Positions 9,601 through 17,865 of a DNA stretch of 64,000 nucleotides are shown here, piece by piece (the first letter of the stretch is position 1; every line of letters starts with the position of its first letter). Made by a program: the position numbers and the translations under genes. Under the pieces are notes generated by a model. It did no database searches, was not told where the DNA came from, and saw nothing but the letters and a program-made list of their open reading frames with translations. The stretch comes from an uncultured delta proteobacterium (lineage in GTDB: Bacteria > Myxococcota_A > Polyangia > Fen-1088). The stretch lies in the NCBI GenBank assembly GCA_963767925.1, contig CAVYGB010000002.1:1184001-1248000 (forward strand), in the 5' to 3' direction.

Positions 9601-12600
9601 GAGCCCGCTCTGGCCCTGCCAGACCCGGGAGCGCAGCAGGGCCCGCACCTCCCCCGGACCCTGGAGAAAGTCGTAGTCGTCGGGCGGGTCGATCGGGATC
9701 TGGAAGGTGAAGGTGCAGCCGCGGCCGACCTCGCTGCTGACCTCGATGTGACCGCCGTGCGACTCGACGATGCCGCGGGCGATGGACAGGCCCAGGCCGT
9801 GGCCGGCCGGGTTGACCCGCCGGCTCTGCCAGGTGCGATCGAAGACGTGTCCCAGCTCGTGGGGGGGGATGCCGGGACCGGTGTCGCGCACGCAGAAGTG
9901 CACCTCGCCGCCGTTGCGCCCGGCCAGCACCTCGACCGCGCCGCCGGCGGGGGTGAACTTCAGGGCGTTGGCCACCAGGTTGCCGAGCACCTGCAGCAGC
10001 CGGTCCTTGTCGCAGGGGAGCGGGGGCAGGTCGCGCTCGACCCGGGTGGAGAAGGTGAGGCCCCGCGCGTGGGCCTGGGCCTCGAAGGCCTCGAGGGTCT
10101 CGCGCAGGAGGGCGTCCACCGGCTCGGGGCGGCGCGAGATCGAGAAGGTCGTCGCGTCCTCGCTGGCCGAGTCGAGCAGATCCCCGATGAGCCGGGACAT
10201 GAGCTGGGTCGAGCGCTGGATGCGGGCCACCGGGGTCCGCAGCCGGCTGTTCACGTCGGAGGCGGGGAGATCGTCGACCAGGTGGCCGAGGAGCTGGACC
10301 GAGGCGTCGATGGCCGCCAGGGGCGAGCGGAGATCGTGGGTCACCAGGGCCAGCATCTCGTCCTGACCGCGCTGGGCTCTCCGGCTGGTGAGGAGCTGGC
10401 GGGCGGCCTCCTCGGCGTTGCGGCGCTCGTCGGCCAGCGCCCGCCGGCGGAGCTGCGAGACGGCGAGCTGGGCCTTGACCTGGGCGATGAGCTCGCGCGC
10501 GGAGAAGGGTTTGACCAGGTAGGCGTCGGCGCCCGTGTTCAGTCCGGCGACGGTGTCGTCTTCGCCGGCGCGCGCCGACAGCAGGATCATCGGGACGAGG
10601 TGGGTGCGGGGGTCGGCGCGGAGCGCCCGCAGCAGGGCCAGGCCGTCCATCCCCGGCATCATGACGTCGGACAGGACCAGGTCGGGTGGATCGCTGCGGG
10701 CGGAGGCCAGCGCCTCCGCCCCGTCCGCTACCGCCACCACCTGGGCGTGCGGGGCCAGCAGGCGGGCGATGTAGCCGCGCATGTCGGCGTTGTCGTCGGC
10801 CACCAGGATGCGGAGGCTGGTCCCGATCGTCTCGACGGGGGGGTCGCTCCCCCGCGCCCACTGGCCGATCTCCGAGAGGAAGGCGGATGGGCCGCTGCGG
10901 GTGGGCGTCCCGCTCGGGGCCAGCGCCTCCGGGCGGGGCGGCTGGGCGAAGGGGATGGTCACCCGGAAGGTGCTGCCCGCGCCCAGCGCGCTCGTGACCT
11001 GCACCTGTCCGCCGTGCAGCTTGACCAGCTCCTGGACCAGGGCCAGGCCGATGCCGCTGCCCTCGTGGCTGCGCCCGGGGGCCCCCTCGACCCGGCGGAA
11101 GCGCGCGAAGACGTGGGGCAGCTCCTCGGCGGGGATGCCGGCGCCGGTGTCCGACACCTCGAGCGCGACCTGGGCGTCGGCGTTGTCGTCACCGTCTTCG
11201 TCGCCGTCTTGCTCGCCGGCGGCCGGGGCGTCTGCCGCGGTCAAGGCGACGGTGATCCGGCCCTGGAAGGTGAACTTGAAGGCGTTCGAGAGGAGGTTGA
11301 GGACGATCTTCTCCCACATCGACGGGTCGACGGCGACCGGGCGAGGCAAGGGTGGGCAGTGGACCACCAGGTCGAGGCCGGCCTGCACCATCGCGGCCTG
11401 GAAGCTGCTGGCCAGATCGCGGGTGAGCGCCGCCAGGTCGGTCGGCAGGAAGGTGGCCTGCACCCGTCCCGCCTCGATGCGGGCCACGTCGAGCAAGGTG
11501 TTGACCAGCTTCTGCAGGCGCAGGCCGTTGCGGTGAACCAGCTCGAGGCGCGTGCGCTGCACCGGCGGCAGCGCGTGCTCCCGATCGGCCAGGGCCTCCT
11601 CGGCCGGACCCAGCAGGAGGGTCAGGGGCGTGCGGAACTCGTGGCTGACGTTGCTGAAGAAGGTCGTCTTGGCCCGGTCGAGCTCGGCCAGCGCCTCGGC
11701 CCGCTGCCGCGCCTGCTCGAGCGCCCGGGCGCTCGCGAGGGCCGTCGCCACCTGCCCTGCCACCAGGTCGACGAACCCCAGGTAGTCGTCGTCGAGGGCC
11801 AGGCGGGGGCTCAGCCCGGCCACCAGCACGGCGGCGGCCAATCCGCTCCCCGGCGCCGCGACCGGCAGGACCAGGGCCGACCGGGGCCCCGCCCGCTCGC
11901 CGGCGGGGATCGGCCCGAAGCGGGCCTCGAGGTCGTCGAGCCGGCGGGCGCCGCCCCGGCGCGCCGCCGCTCCCAGCGGCCAGCCCTTGCCCGCGTCGGC
12001 GACCGCCAGCTCGACCACCGCCGGTGCTGGGTCGACGCCGGAGGCCACCCCCGCCGCGCCGGCCAGGTGGGCCCGGCGGCCATCTGCGTCGAGCAGGTAG
12101 ATCAGGGCGAAGGGCAGGTCGGCCGGGTTGCCCGCCAGCACCTCGGCGGCCAGGCGGCAGGCCTCCTCCGTCGCCTGGGCGTCGGCGGTGCGGGCGCCCA
12201 GGTCGCGCAGGGTCCGCAGCCGGCGCGCGCCGATCACCTGGCGGGTCGTCTCGGTCACCGCGCAGTAGACCCCGCCCACCCCGCCGCTCTCGACGCGGAT
12301 GGGGCTGTACGAGAAGGTGAAGTAGCACTCCTCCGCGAAGCCCTGCCGTTCGAGCAGCAGGAGCTGGTTCTCCGACCAGGTCGCGCGCCCGTCCTGCAGG
12401 ACGCCCGCCAGCATCGGGCCGATGATGTGCCAGATCTCCGGCCAGCAGTCCCGCCCGGCCTGCCCCAGCGCGCGCGGGTGCTTGTTGCCCAGGAGCTGCC
12501 GGTAGGCGTCGTTGTAGATCTTGACCAGCTCCGGTCCCCACAAGATCAGGATGGGGAAGCGCGAGTCGAGGCAGGTGCTCACCGTCGTGCGCAGCGACTG

Positions 12601-12774
12601 GGGCCAGCCGGCGACCGGCCCCAGCGCGGTCTGCGACCAGTCGAGGGCCCGCATGAGGGCCCCCAGCTCACCGCCGCCCACGAACACCTCGGTCACCCCG
12701 GGAACGCCCGCCCCCACCCCTTCGAGGCGCGGGCCCGTGCCAGACCGACCGTCCTGCTCAGGTGAGCTCGCCAT
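6625..12774 (-). CDS. Giant hybrid sensor kinase: (PAS-like/GAF - HK - REC - HK) x2
   Basis: Four H-boxes (SHEFRTPL, THDLRSPL, SHEFRTPL, SHELRTPL), two receivers (LSDVMMP, VSDVMMP) and two WPxSLR/YNDAY-F/YFTFSxSPIR sensor blocks. Start could be 12774 or up to 12816. Confidence 0.92.
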   Translation of the reverse strand: MASSPEQDGRSGTGPRLEGVGAGVPGVTEVFVGGGELGALMRALDWSQTALGPVAGWPQSLRTTVSTCLDSRFPILILWGPELVKIYNDAYRQLLGNKHPRALGQAGRDCWPEIWHIIGPMLAGVLQDGRATWSENQLLLLERQGFAEECYFTFSYSPIRVESGGVGGVYCAVTETTRQVIGARRLRTLRDLGARTADAQATEEACRLAAEVLAGNPADLPFALIYLLDADGRRAHLAGAAGVASGVDPAPAVVELAVADAGKGWPLGAAARRGGARRLDDLEARFGPIPAGERAGPRSALVLPVAAPGSGLAAAVLVAGLSPRLALDDDYLGFVDLVAGQVATALASARALEQARQRAEALAELDRAKTTFFSNVSHEFRTPLTLLLGPAEEALADREHALPPVQRTRLELVHRNGLRLQKLVNTLLDVARIEAGRVQATFLPTDLAALTRDLASSFQAAMVQAGLDLVVHCPPLPRPVAVDPSMWEKIVLNLLSNAFKFTFQGRITVALTAADAPAAGEQDGDEDGDDNADAQVALEVSDTGAGIPAEELPHVFARFRRVEGAPGRSHEGSGIGLALVQELVKLHGGQVQVTSALGAGSTFRVTIPFAQPPRPEALAPSGTPTRSGPSAFLSEIGQWARGSDPPVETIGTSLRILVADDNADMRGYIARLLAPHAQVVAVADGAEALASARSDPPDLVLSDVMMPGMDGLALLRALRADPRTHLVPMILLSARAGEDDTVAGLNTGADAYLVKPFSARELIAQVKAQLAVSQLRRRALADERRNAEEAARQLLTSRRAQRGQDEMLALVTHDLRSPLAAIDASVQLLGHLVDDLPASDVNSRLRTPVARIQRSTQLMSRLIGDLLDSASEDATTFSISRRPEPVDALLRETLEAFEAQAHARGLTFSTRVERDLPPLPCDKDRLLQVLGNLVANALKFTPAGGAVEVLAGRNGGEVHFCVRDTGPGIPPHELGHVFDRTWQSRRVNPAGHGLGLSIARGIVESHGGHIEVSSEVGRGCTFTFQIPIDPPDDYDFLQGPGEVRALLRSRVWQGQSGLGRSETWPTSLRSSLGMILDSSFAMVVVWGPDFRYVYNDAFRPILGNKHPAALARPGAETFPEAWHTVLPLFEDTRQGKPVALEDVYIPLEKSGYLEDCYFTFSLSPIRDTAGSVTGTLTVVADTTGRVEGARRLATLRELALSAARALRESVEDACLAAAAALEKNRIDVPFALLYLHDATRAQARLVAGVGLEPGADASPTLVDLGDREGAAGWPLARVARSGRAEIVDDLGARFGPICAGPYPEPISTAVMLPLGRPGSEHAYGVLVVGLNPRRAVDALYSAFLDLLAEHITTAVSNARTIEEERRRVRGLAELDRVKTAFFSNVSHEFRTPLTLILGPIDDALSRPGGSLAGDDLDRVRRNALRLNKMVGTLLDFSRMEAGRAQATFVATDLAAFTADLASAFRSVIENAGLRLQVDCLPLGEAAYVDPEMWEKIVLNLLSNAVKYTQQGEIRVSLGREDDQVVLAVADSGVGIPADELPHVFERFYRVRVTKGRSHEGTGIGLALVQELVKVHGGNVEVSSTVGQGTTFTVRVPRGSAHLPRERVERAAAPRLPTSGEAAAFIEEASRWTIGPAPAPPPPSSIGVLDLRDEPARSRILVADDNADLRAYVSGLLEPVYTVKTASDGATALELARSGWPDLIVSDVMMPELDGFALVRALREDPRARGIPIILLSARAGEEATVEGLRTGADDYLVKPFSARELLARVRTQLQMARVRAQMWQERARADELSRSVAARDQFLTIASHELRTPLTALELHLESLLKAIAKGRIAAPNGQLTGRLEAALRQIDRLTRLIETLLDLSRISLGRLDLEYQELDLADLVGQVIQGCQGDAVAVGARFGVEASPAPGRWDRARLEQILNSILTTSLKYAPGSEIHVRVGGNTEQAFVVVRHSGVGIGNEDLARIFERFERAVAASHYGAMGVGLYLARKIVEAHGGTMQWDSSPDRGETFTIRLPTWRPDPSLIPPPDPPDQRNQRNDVRFELR

Positions 12775-12920
12775 GAGGGCGCCTCCTACAGTAGAGAGCG
12801 GGGGCCAAAGTTGCATGTTTTGTACAACTCCCGCCCTGCGGGGCGATACCCGATTCGCGGCCCGCCTGGACTGCTTTTCGGGCCGCGGAGTGGGCGACCC
12901 GCATTCGCCCAGATTTCGGT

Positions 12921-12980
12921 TCCCCGCTGCCCGTTCGCCCTCGCCCCGCGGCAGCGGGGAGAGGGAGGGGTGAGGGGTCT
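12921..12980. repeat. REP-like element, copy 3
   Basis: Near-perfect inverted copy of 5901..5960, just downstream of the TonB receptor stop. Confidence 0.85.
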
Positions 12981-12990
12981 CCGCGAAGCG

Positions 12991-15750
12991 TCAGTAGAGG
13001 TAACGAGCGCCGAAGACGATCCGGAGGGGCGGCCGGTAGGCGGCCGGGCGGCCCCAGAAGGGCCCGTCGTTCTGGAGGACGGCCAGGGGCGTGCGCAGGG
13101 CCAGCAGGTTGATGGCGTCGACCCAGACCCGGACGCGCTGCTTGATGAGCGGCTCGAGGTTGGCGGCGATCTGCAGGTCGAAGGTGCTGCTGTCGGGCAG
13201 CCGCAGCGGCGTATCGTCGTCGGGGTTCAGGTTGCTGTTCGAGTCCTTGCCCCGCTGCGCCTGCAGCCGCGTGTACCGCTCGTAGACCGGGTCGAAGTAG
13301 AACCGGTTGTAGGGCGGGCCGCTCTCGAAGCGGTAGACCACCCCGGCCGACAGCCAGGGCGTGGCCTGGTAGGTCCCCTGCACCCGCAGGTCGTGGCGGA
13401 TGTCGCCGCCGAGCGGGCCGTAGTAGTACTGAGTGTCGCCCGGGTTATCGAGGTAGGCACCGGTGAAGCTGCTGTCGCTGGCCCCCTCGTAGTCGGTCCA
13501 GGTGTAGTTCACGAAGGCCTTGAAGCGGCCCTCCCGCTTGCGCAGGAAGGTGGTGAGCGCCCGGTGCCGCCGGTGGGCCTGCTCGGGGGTCTGCAGGTCG
13601 AAGATGAACTCGGAGCGCCCGGTCTTGAAGGGGGCGTCGCGGTTGAGGCCGGTGCCGCCCTCGTTCCAGTTGCCATTGGTCTCGGCGTCCTCCCACTGGC
13701 GGCTGAACCGGCGGTAGACGAACACGCCGCCCAGGCCGATGCCGGGCAGGATCTCCCGCTCGGCGCCGGCCGAGTACTCCCAGATGCGGGGGGTTGTCAG
13801 CTTGGAGGTGCAGGGGCGGCCGTCGGGGTGGACCCCGGCTGGCCCGCAGGGCAGACCGACGGTGGAGCTGTCGTTGCCTCCTTCGCTGCGGCAGTCGCTG
13901 ACGTAGGCCTGGGCCTGGGCGTCCCAGCCGCAGCGGCGGGAGTAGAGCTGGCGGCTGGTGAAGCGGGCCAGGGCCAGGAACCCCGTGTCGGCGATGCCGT
14001 TGAAGGCGGCGTGCAGCTTGGTCTTGCCGTCGTGGGTGGCGTCCCAGATGGCCGAGAGGTGGGGGGTGAAGGCGTTCATGTTTGTCACCTTGACCCCCCG
14101 GTCGTTCTCCGAGTTGCCCCGGTGGAACGCCACCCCCGGGCTGAGGGTGAGGTAGCGGGTCGGCTTCCAGGAGTCAGAGAGGCTGACCCGCAGGTGGTCG
14201 CCGGTCACCGTCGAGCGCAGGAAGTTGTTGCGGCAGACACCGTTGTCGACCTTGGGGTCGTTCGAGCAGTAGGTGGTACGGGAGAACGGCGCCGTGCCCA
14301 CGTTGACCAGGAGGGTGTCCCCCGGGACGGTCTGGCGGATGTCGTTGCCCATCAGCTCGAACATCCAGTCGAGCTTGACCGCGTGGCCGCCGAAGGTGCG
14401 GCTGTCCTTGAGGTACTCGAGCTTGCCCGACAGCTCGATGGTCTGGCGGTGGTCGATGGTCTGCGCGTTGTAGTTGCGCCGCTGAAACCCGGTGAGGATG
14501 TCCACCTCGGCGGGGATGGAGGTGCAGTTGGCGGGGTCCCACTCGCAGGACTGGGGGCCCACGTTGAAGCGCTGCTGCCGGTAGCTGGCCCGCCCGACGA
14601 GGAAGAGCTCGTCGGTGATGAGCGACTCCCAGGACAGGCCGAGGAACTCCGAGCGCTGGAACTGGCGGGCCTCCGCCTCCGGCTCGACCAGGGGGCTCTG
14701 GAGGTTGTTGTTGAAGGCCGCCGGGGACAGCGTGCCCCGCAGCGACAGCTTGTTGCGGGGGGTGAGGGCCCAGGTCAGCTTGCCGATGCCGTCGAGCCCG
14801 TAGGCGTGGCGCGAGGGGTGGGCGGGGAAGTTGGGATCGTAGTCCAGGGTGGAGGTGCCGTTCCAGCCCTCGGCCGACAGGTAATACCAGAGGCGATCTT
14901 TGCGGATGGGGCCGCCGGCGTTGACATGGCCCGACATGCCCCGGTTGGTGCCGCGATCGCGCGAGTCCTTGAACAGGCGCAGGTGGTGATCGCTGTATTC
15001 GGCCCCGGCGTCGAGCTCGAAGCGGTTGGACCCGCTCTTGGTGACGATGTTGGTCACCATGCCCGAGGTGTCGGAGTTGTCCGCCCCGAAGCCGGCGGTG
15101 GTGACCTCCACGTTGGCCATGGCGTTGAAGCTGAAGTTCTGGCCGAAGGTGCGGGTCACCGGGTCGGTGGTGTTGAAGCCGTCGACGGTGTACTTGTTGC
15201 TGAAGAAGGCCCCCCCGCGCGACTGCGGGTTGCCGTCGCCGTCCCGGTCGGTGACGCCCGCCGCCAGCACCGCCACGCCCTGGTAGGTGCGGGAGGCCAG
15301 GGGCAGCGAGTTGAGGAACTCCTCGTCGAAGCTCTCGCCCACCGTCGTGCTGCGCAGGTTGACCACCGGCGCCCGCTCGATGATGCGGACCTCCTCCTGC
15401 GAGGTCTCGACCTCCATCACGATGTCGATGTCGATGGTGCTGTTCTGGTTGACCCGGATGTTCTCCTGCACGACCGTGCGCAGCTTCTCCGCCGAGGCGG
15501 TGACCTTGAACTTGCCGGGGAACAGCCCCTGGAAACGGAAGGCCCCCTCGTCGTCGGTGGTGACGGTGCGGGCGCCGCCGATCTGGGTGTCGGAGGTGAT
15601 CGTGACGGCGATCCCCCGCAGGGGCAGCCCGCTGGAATCGTAGACGTGGCCGATGAGGGTCCCGACGTTCTGGGCGCGGGCCACCGGCGCGCCGCAGAGG
15701 GCGGCGGCCAGGCAGACGGGAGCCAGGATGGAAAGCTTGCGCATGGTCAT
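12991..15750 (-). CDS. Oar-like TonB-dependent receptor with N-terminal carboxypeptidase-regulatory-like domain
   Basis: Signal peptide (ARA-Q), GTLIGHVYDSSGLPLRG, plug motifs NKYTVDGFNTTDP and VTKSGSNRF, C-terminal beta-signal FGARYLY. Confidence 0.88.
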   Translation of the reverse strand: MTMRKLSILAPVCLAAALCGAPVARAQNVGTLIGHVYDSSGLPLRGIAVTITSDTQIGGARTVTTDDEGAFRFQGLFPGKFKVTASAEKLRTVVQENIRVNQNSTIDIDIVMEVETSQEEVRIIERAPVVNLRSTTVGESFDEEFLNSLPLASRTYQGVAVLAAGVTDRDGDGNPQSRGGAFFSNKYTVDGFNTTDPVTRTFGQNFSFNAMANVEVTTAGFGADNSDTSGMVTNIVTKSGSNRFELDAGAEYSDHHLRLFKDSRDRGTNRGMSGHVNAGGPIRKDRLWYYLSAEGWNGTSTLDYDPNFPAHPSRHAYGLDGIGKLTWALTPRNKLSLRGTLSPAAFNNNLQSPLVEPEAEARQFQRSEFLGLSWESLITDELFLVGRASYRQQRFNVGPQSCEWDPANCTSIPAEVDILTGFQRRNYNAQTIDHRQTIELSGKLEYLKDSRTFGGHAVKLDWMFELMGNDIRQTVPGDTLLVNVGTAPFSRTTYCSNDPKVDNGVCRNNFLRSTVTGDHLRVSLSDSWKPTRYLTLSPGVAFHRGNSENDRGVKVTNMNAFTPHLSAIWDATHDGKTKLHAAFNGIADTGFLALARFTSRQLYSRRCGWDAQAQAYVSDCRSEGGNDSSTVGLPCGPAGVHPDGRPCTSKLTTPRIWEYSAGAEREILPGIGLGGVFVYRRFSRQWEDAETNGNWNEGGTGLNRDAPFKTGRSEFIFDLQTPEQAHRRHRALTTFLRKREGRFKAFVNYTWTDYEGASDSSFTGAYLDNPGDTQYYYGPLGGDIRHDLRVQGTYQATPWLSAGVVYRFESGPPYNRFYFDPVYERYTRLQAQRGKDSNSNLNPDDDTPLRLPDSSTFDLQIAANLEPLIKQRVRVWVDAINLLALRTPLAVLQNDGPFWGRPAAYRPPLRIVFGARYLY

Positions 15751-15754
15751 GGCC

Positions 15755-17626
15755 TCACTGCGGAAGGGGGAATTCCTTGGGATCCCAGGTGTCGGGCCAG
15801 GTGCAGACTTGCAGACCGAAATCCTGGCAGGTCTGCCCCTCCTGGATGTCGATGGTCTGCTCGCCCAGCTTCGCGCTCACGCTGCACTGGGCGGGGTCCT
15901 GCACGTTCTGGTCGCAGATCTTGATGCAGGTCGCGAGGGGGGTGTAGCAGACGAAGCCCGGGCTCCCCTCGCAGCGCGTGTCGACCCACTTGGTGGGCTC
16001 CTTGCCCATGTTCTCCATGGCCCGCGTGTTGGTCCCCAGGCAGGACTTCTGGCAAAAGCCGCCCCAGGGGGGAAAGCAGCGGTAGCCGTCGGGCGCGAAG
16101 GCGTCGGGCTCCCGCTGGCACTGGGCCACGCCCGGCCCGCAGGCCTGGCCGTAGCCGACGAAGGGGGCGTCGCAAAAGCAGGTGTCGGGGTTGCACTCCA
16201 GCGGCTTGTCGGCCGGGTTGAAGGGATCCCGCTCGGCGTTGCACACCGGATCGCCGGTTGGGTCGGCGACGTAGACGCCGCGGGCGTCCTGGGCCTCCGA
16301 CTTGCCACACTGGCCCGACCGCTCCAGCCGCGAGTACGAGCAGGGCGAGGCCACCCCCCGGGCGGGCAGGTTGTTGACGATCGGCGCGGTCAACGACCGG
16401 GTGCGGGCCACGGCGTTGGTCAGATCGAGATCGTCGATCGACTTCCAGGCCCCCGACTCGTAGTCGTCGGGCGCGGGCACGTCGAACATCCAGCGCATCG
16501 GCGTGTAGCCGGGGGGATCGCCGGCGGTGTGGCGCGGCCGCGAGGAGGTGATGATGTTGTAGGCCACCCGGGTGACGACCGGGGGGTTCACGAAGCTCTG
16601 ATCGTCGATCACGACGGCCGGCTCGTAGGCCCGCCCCACCGGCACCAGCACCCGCTGCGAGGCGTTGGGACCCTCGCCCAGGTTGAGCCGGTTGACGTCG
16701 AAGGTGTCGAGCCGCTCGCTGTCGGAGTTGGCCCAGTAGCGGACCCCGTCCTCCCGGCCCAGCGTCTCCCAGCCGTTGGCCAGGAAGCAGTAGGTGAGCA
16801 GCCGGCGGTACCACAGCTCGATGCGGGGGCGGAAGATGCGGCGGTTGGTCATGCCCCGGTTGACGTAGGTCCGCTCGTCGACCAGCGGGCAGTTGATGAC
16901 CTTTCCGGTGGCGCGCATGCTGAACTTGCCGGCGTCGACCGCCCGCTGCAGGGTCGCCACGTGTTTGATCGAGTCGGGGTCGTAGTCTTCCCTGGCGACG
17001 ACCTCGACGATCTCCCACAGGCCCGTGTACTGGCTGGCCGGTCCGCCCCGGTCGAGCGGGCTCAGATCGATCAAGGGCCGCTGGTAGTCGTCGGAGTTGC
17101 GCTCGGGATCGACGACCGGGTCGCGGCGGCGCAGCGGATAGGACTTCCGGCGCTCCGACTCGTTCACCTTCTTGCAGGCCTCCACCGCCTCCAGGTCGGT
17201 GGCCCCCACGCAATGGTCCTTGGGGTTGGGGTTGAGGACGTCGTGGCCCCCGCGGATCCAGTCGACGCCGTTGCGCACCTCCCGCACCGGCGGGGAGAAG
17301 AGGGGCTTCTCCTGGCGGTCGAAGAAGAAATACATCGGCTGCACCCGCACCGCAGTGGGGATGCCGGTCGTGACGTCGACGACGGTGGGGACGAAGCCGA
17401 AGTCGTAATATTCGGCGGCCTGTCCGTCGAGGAAGCCGGGGTTGGCCTCGAGCTGGTCGGGGATACCGGCGCCCGGATCGGCCTGCGAGCCGCCGTCATA
17501 ATATGACGCGAGATCGAGCACGCCGAACTTCTCGTCGGAGAACTCCTCGTCGCAGCCGGCGACGCCTCCCGCGGCCACCCCCAGGACGATCAGCATGACG
17601 GGGCGGGCAAATTGGGAACGTTTCAT
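15755..17626 (-). CDS. Cys-rich lipoprotein of unknown function
   Basis: MKRSQFAR + hydrophobic stretch + lipobox VAG-C; the C-terminal ~150 aa are dense in Cys; ends 4 nt before the receptor start. Confidence 0.8.
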   Translation of the reverse strand: MKRSQFARPVMLIVLGVAAGGVAGCDEEFSDEKFGVLDLASYYDGGSQADPGAGIPDQLEANPGFLDGQAAEYYDFGFVPTVVDVTTGIPTAVRVQPMYFFFDRQEKPLFSPPVREVRNGVDWIRGGHDVLNPNPKDHCVGATDLEAVEACKKVNESERRKSYPLRRRDPVVDPERNSDDYQRPLIDLSPLDRGGPASQYTGLWEIVEVVAREDYDPDSIKHVATLQRAVDAGKFSMRATGKVINCPLVDERTYVNRGMTNRRIFRPRIELWYRRLLTYCFLANGWETLGREDGVRYWANSDSERLDTFDVNRLNLGEGPNASQRVLVPVGRAYEPAVVIDDQSFVNPPVVTRVAYNIITSSRPRHTAGDPPGYTPMRWMFDVPAPDDYESGAWKSIDDLDLTNAVARTRSLTAPIVNNLPARGVASPCSYSRLERSGQCGKSEAQDARGVYVADPTGDPVCNAERDPFNPADKPLECNPDTCFCDAPFVGYGQACGPGVAQCQREPDAFAPDGYRCFPPWGGFCQKSCLGTNTRAMENMGKEPTKWVDTRCEGSPGFVCYTPLATCIKICDQNVQDPAQCSVSAKLGEQTIDIQEGQTCQDFGLQVCTWPDTWDPKEFPLPQ

Positions 17627-17865
17627 TGCGTATCTCCGAGGCAAGGGCAAACGAGGGCCGCCGGAAGCGTCCCGGTCATTCTTACGCGTTTCCTGGTTCC
17701 GTGAAAAGCAAGCAGCAGCCGCACGAGCCACTCACCACCGGCGCTGAGTGCGCGTCGCTGGGTTTTTGGACACCGCTGCGGCCGGGAAGGGCAGCGGGAG
17801 ATCGGGGCGCGTGTGCGACACACGCCGACGATCAATCACTTCCGTTCACTTCCCTCGACTGCCGT

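Noticed and set aside
6227..10861. 1544-aa minus-strand ORF
   Set aside because: Off-frame Arg/Pro/Gly-rich shadow; only the last 129 aa (receiver) are real.
6778..12765. 1995-aa plus-strand ORF
   Set aside because: Antisense shadow of the kinase, typical of high-GC codon bias; no motifs.
12811..17506. 1037-aa and 617-aa plus-strand ORFs
   Set aside because: Antisense to the receptor and lipoprotein genes.
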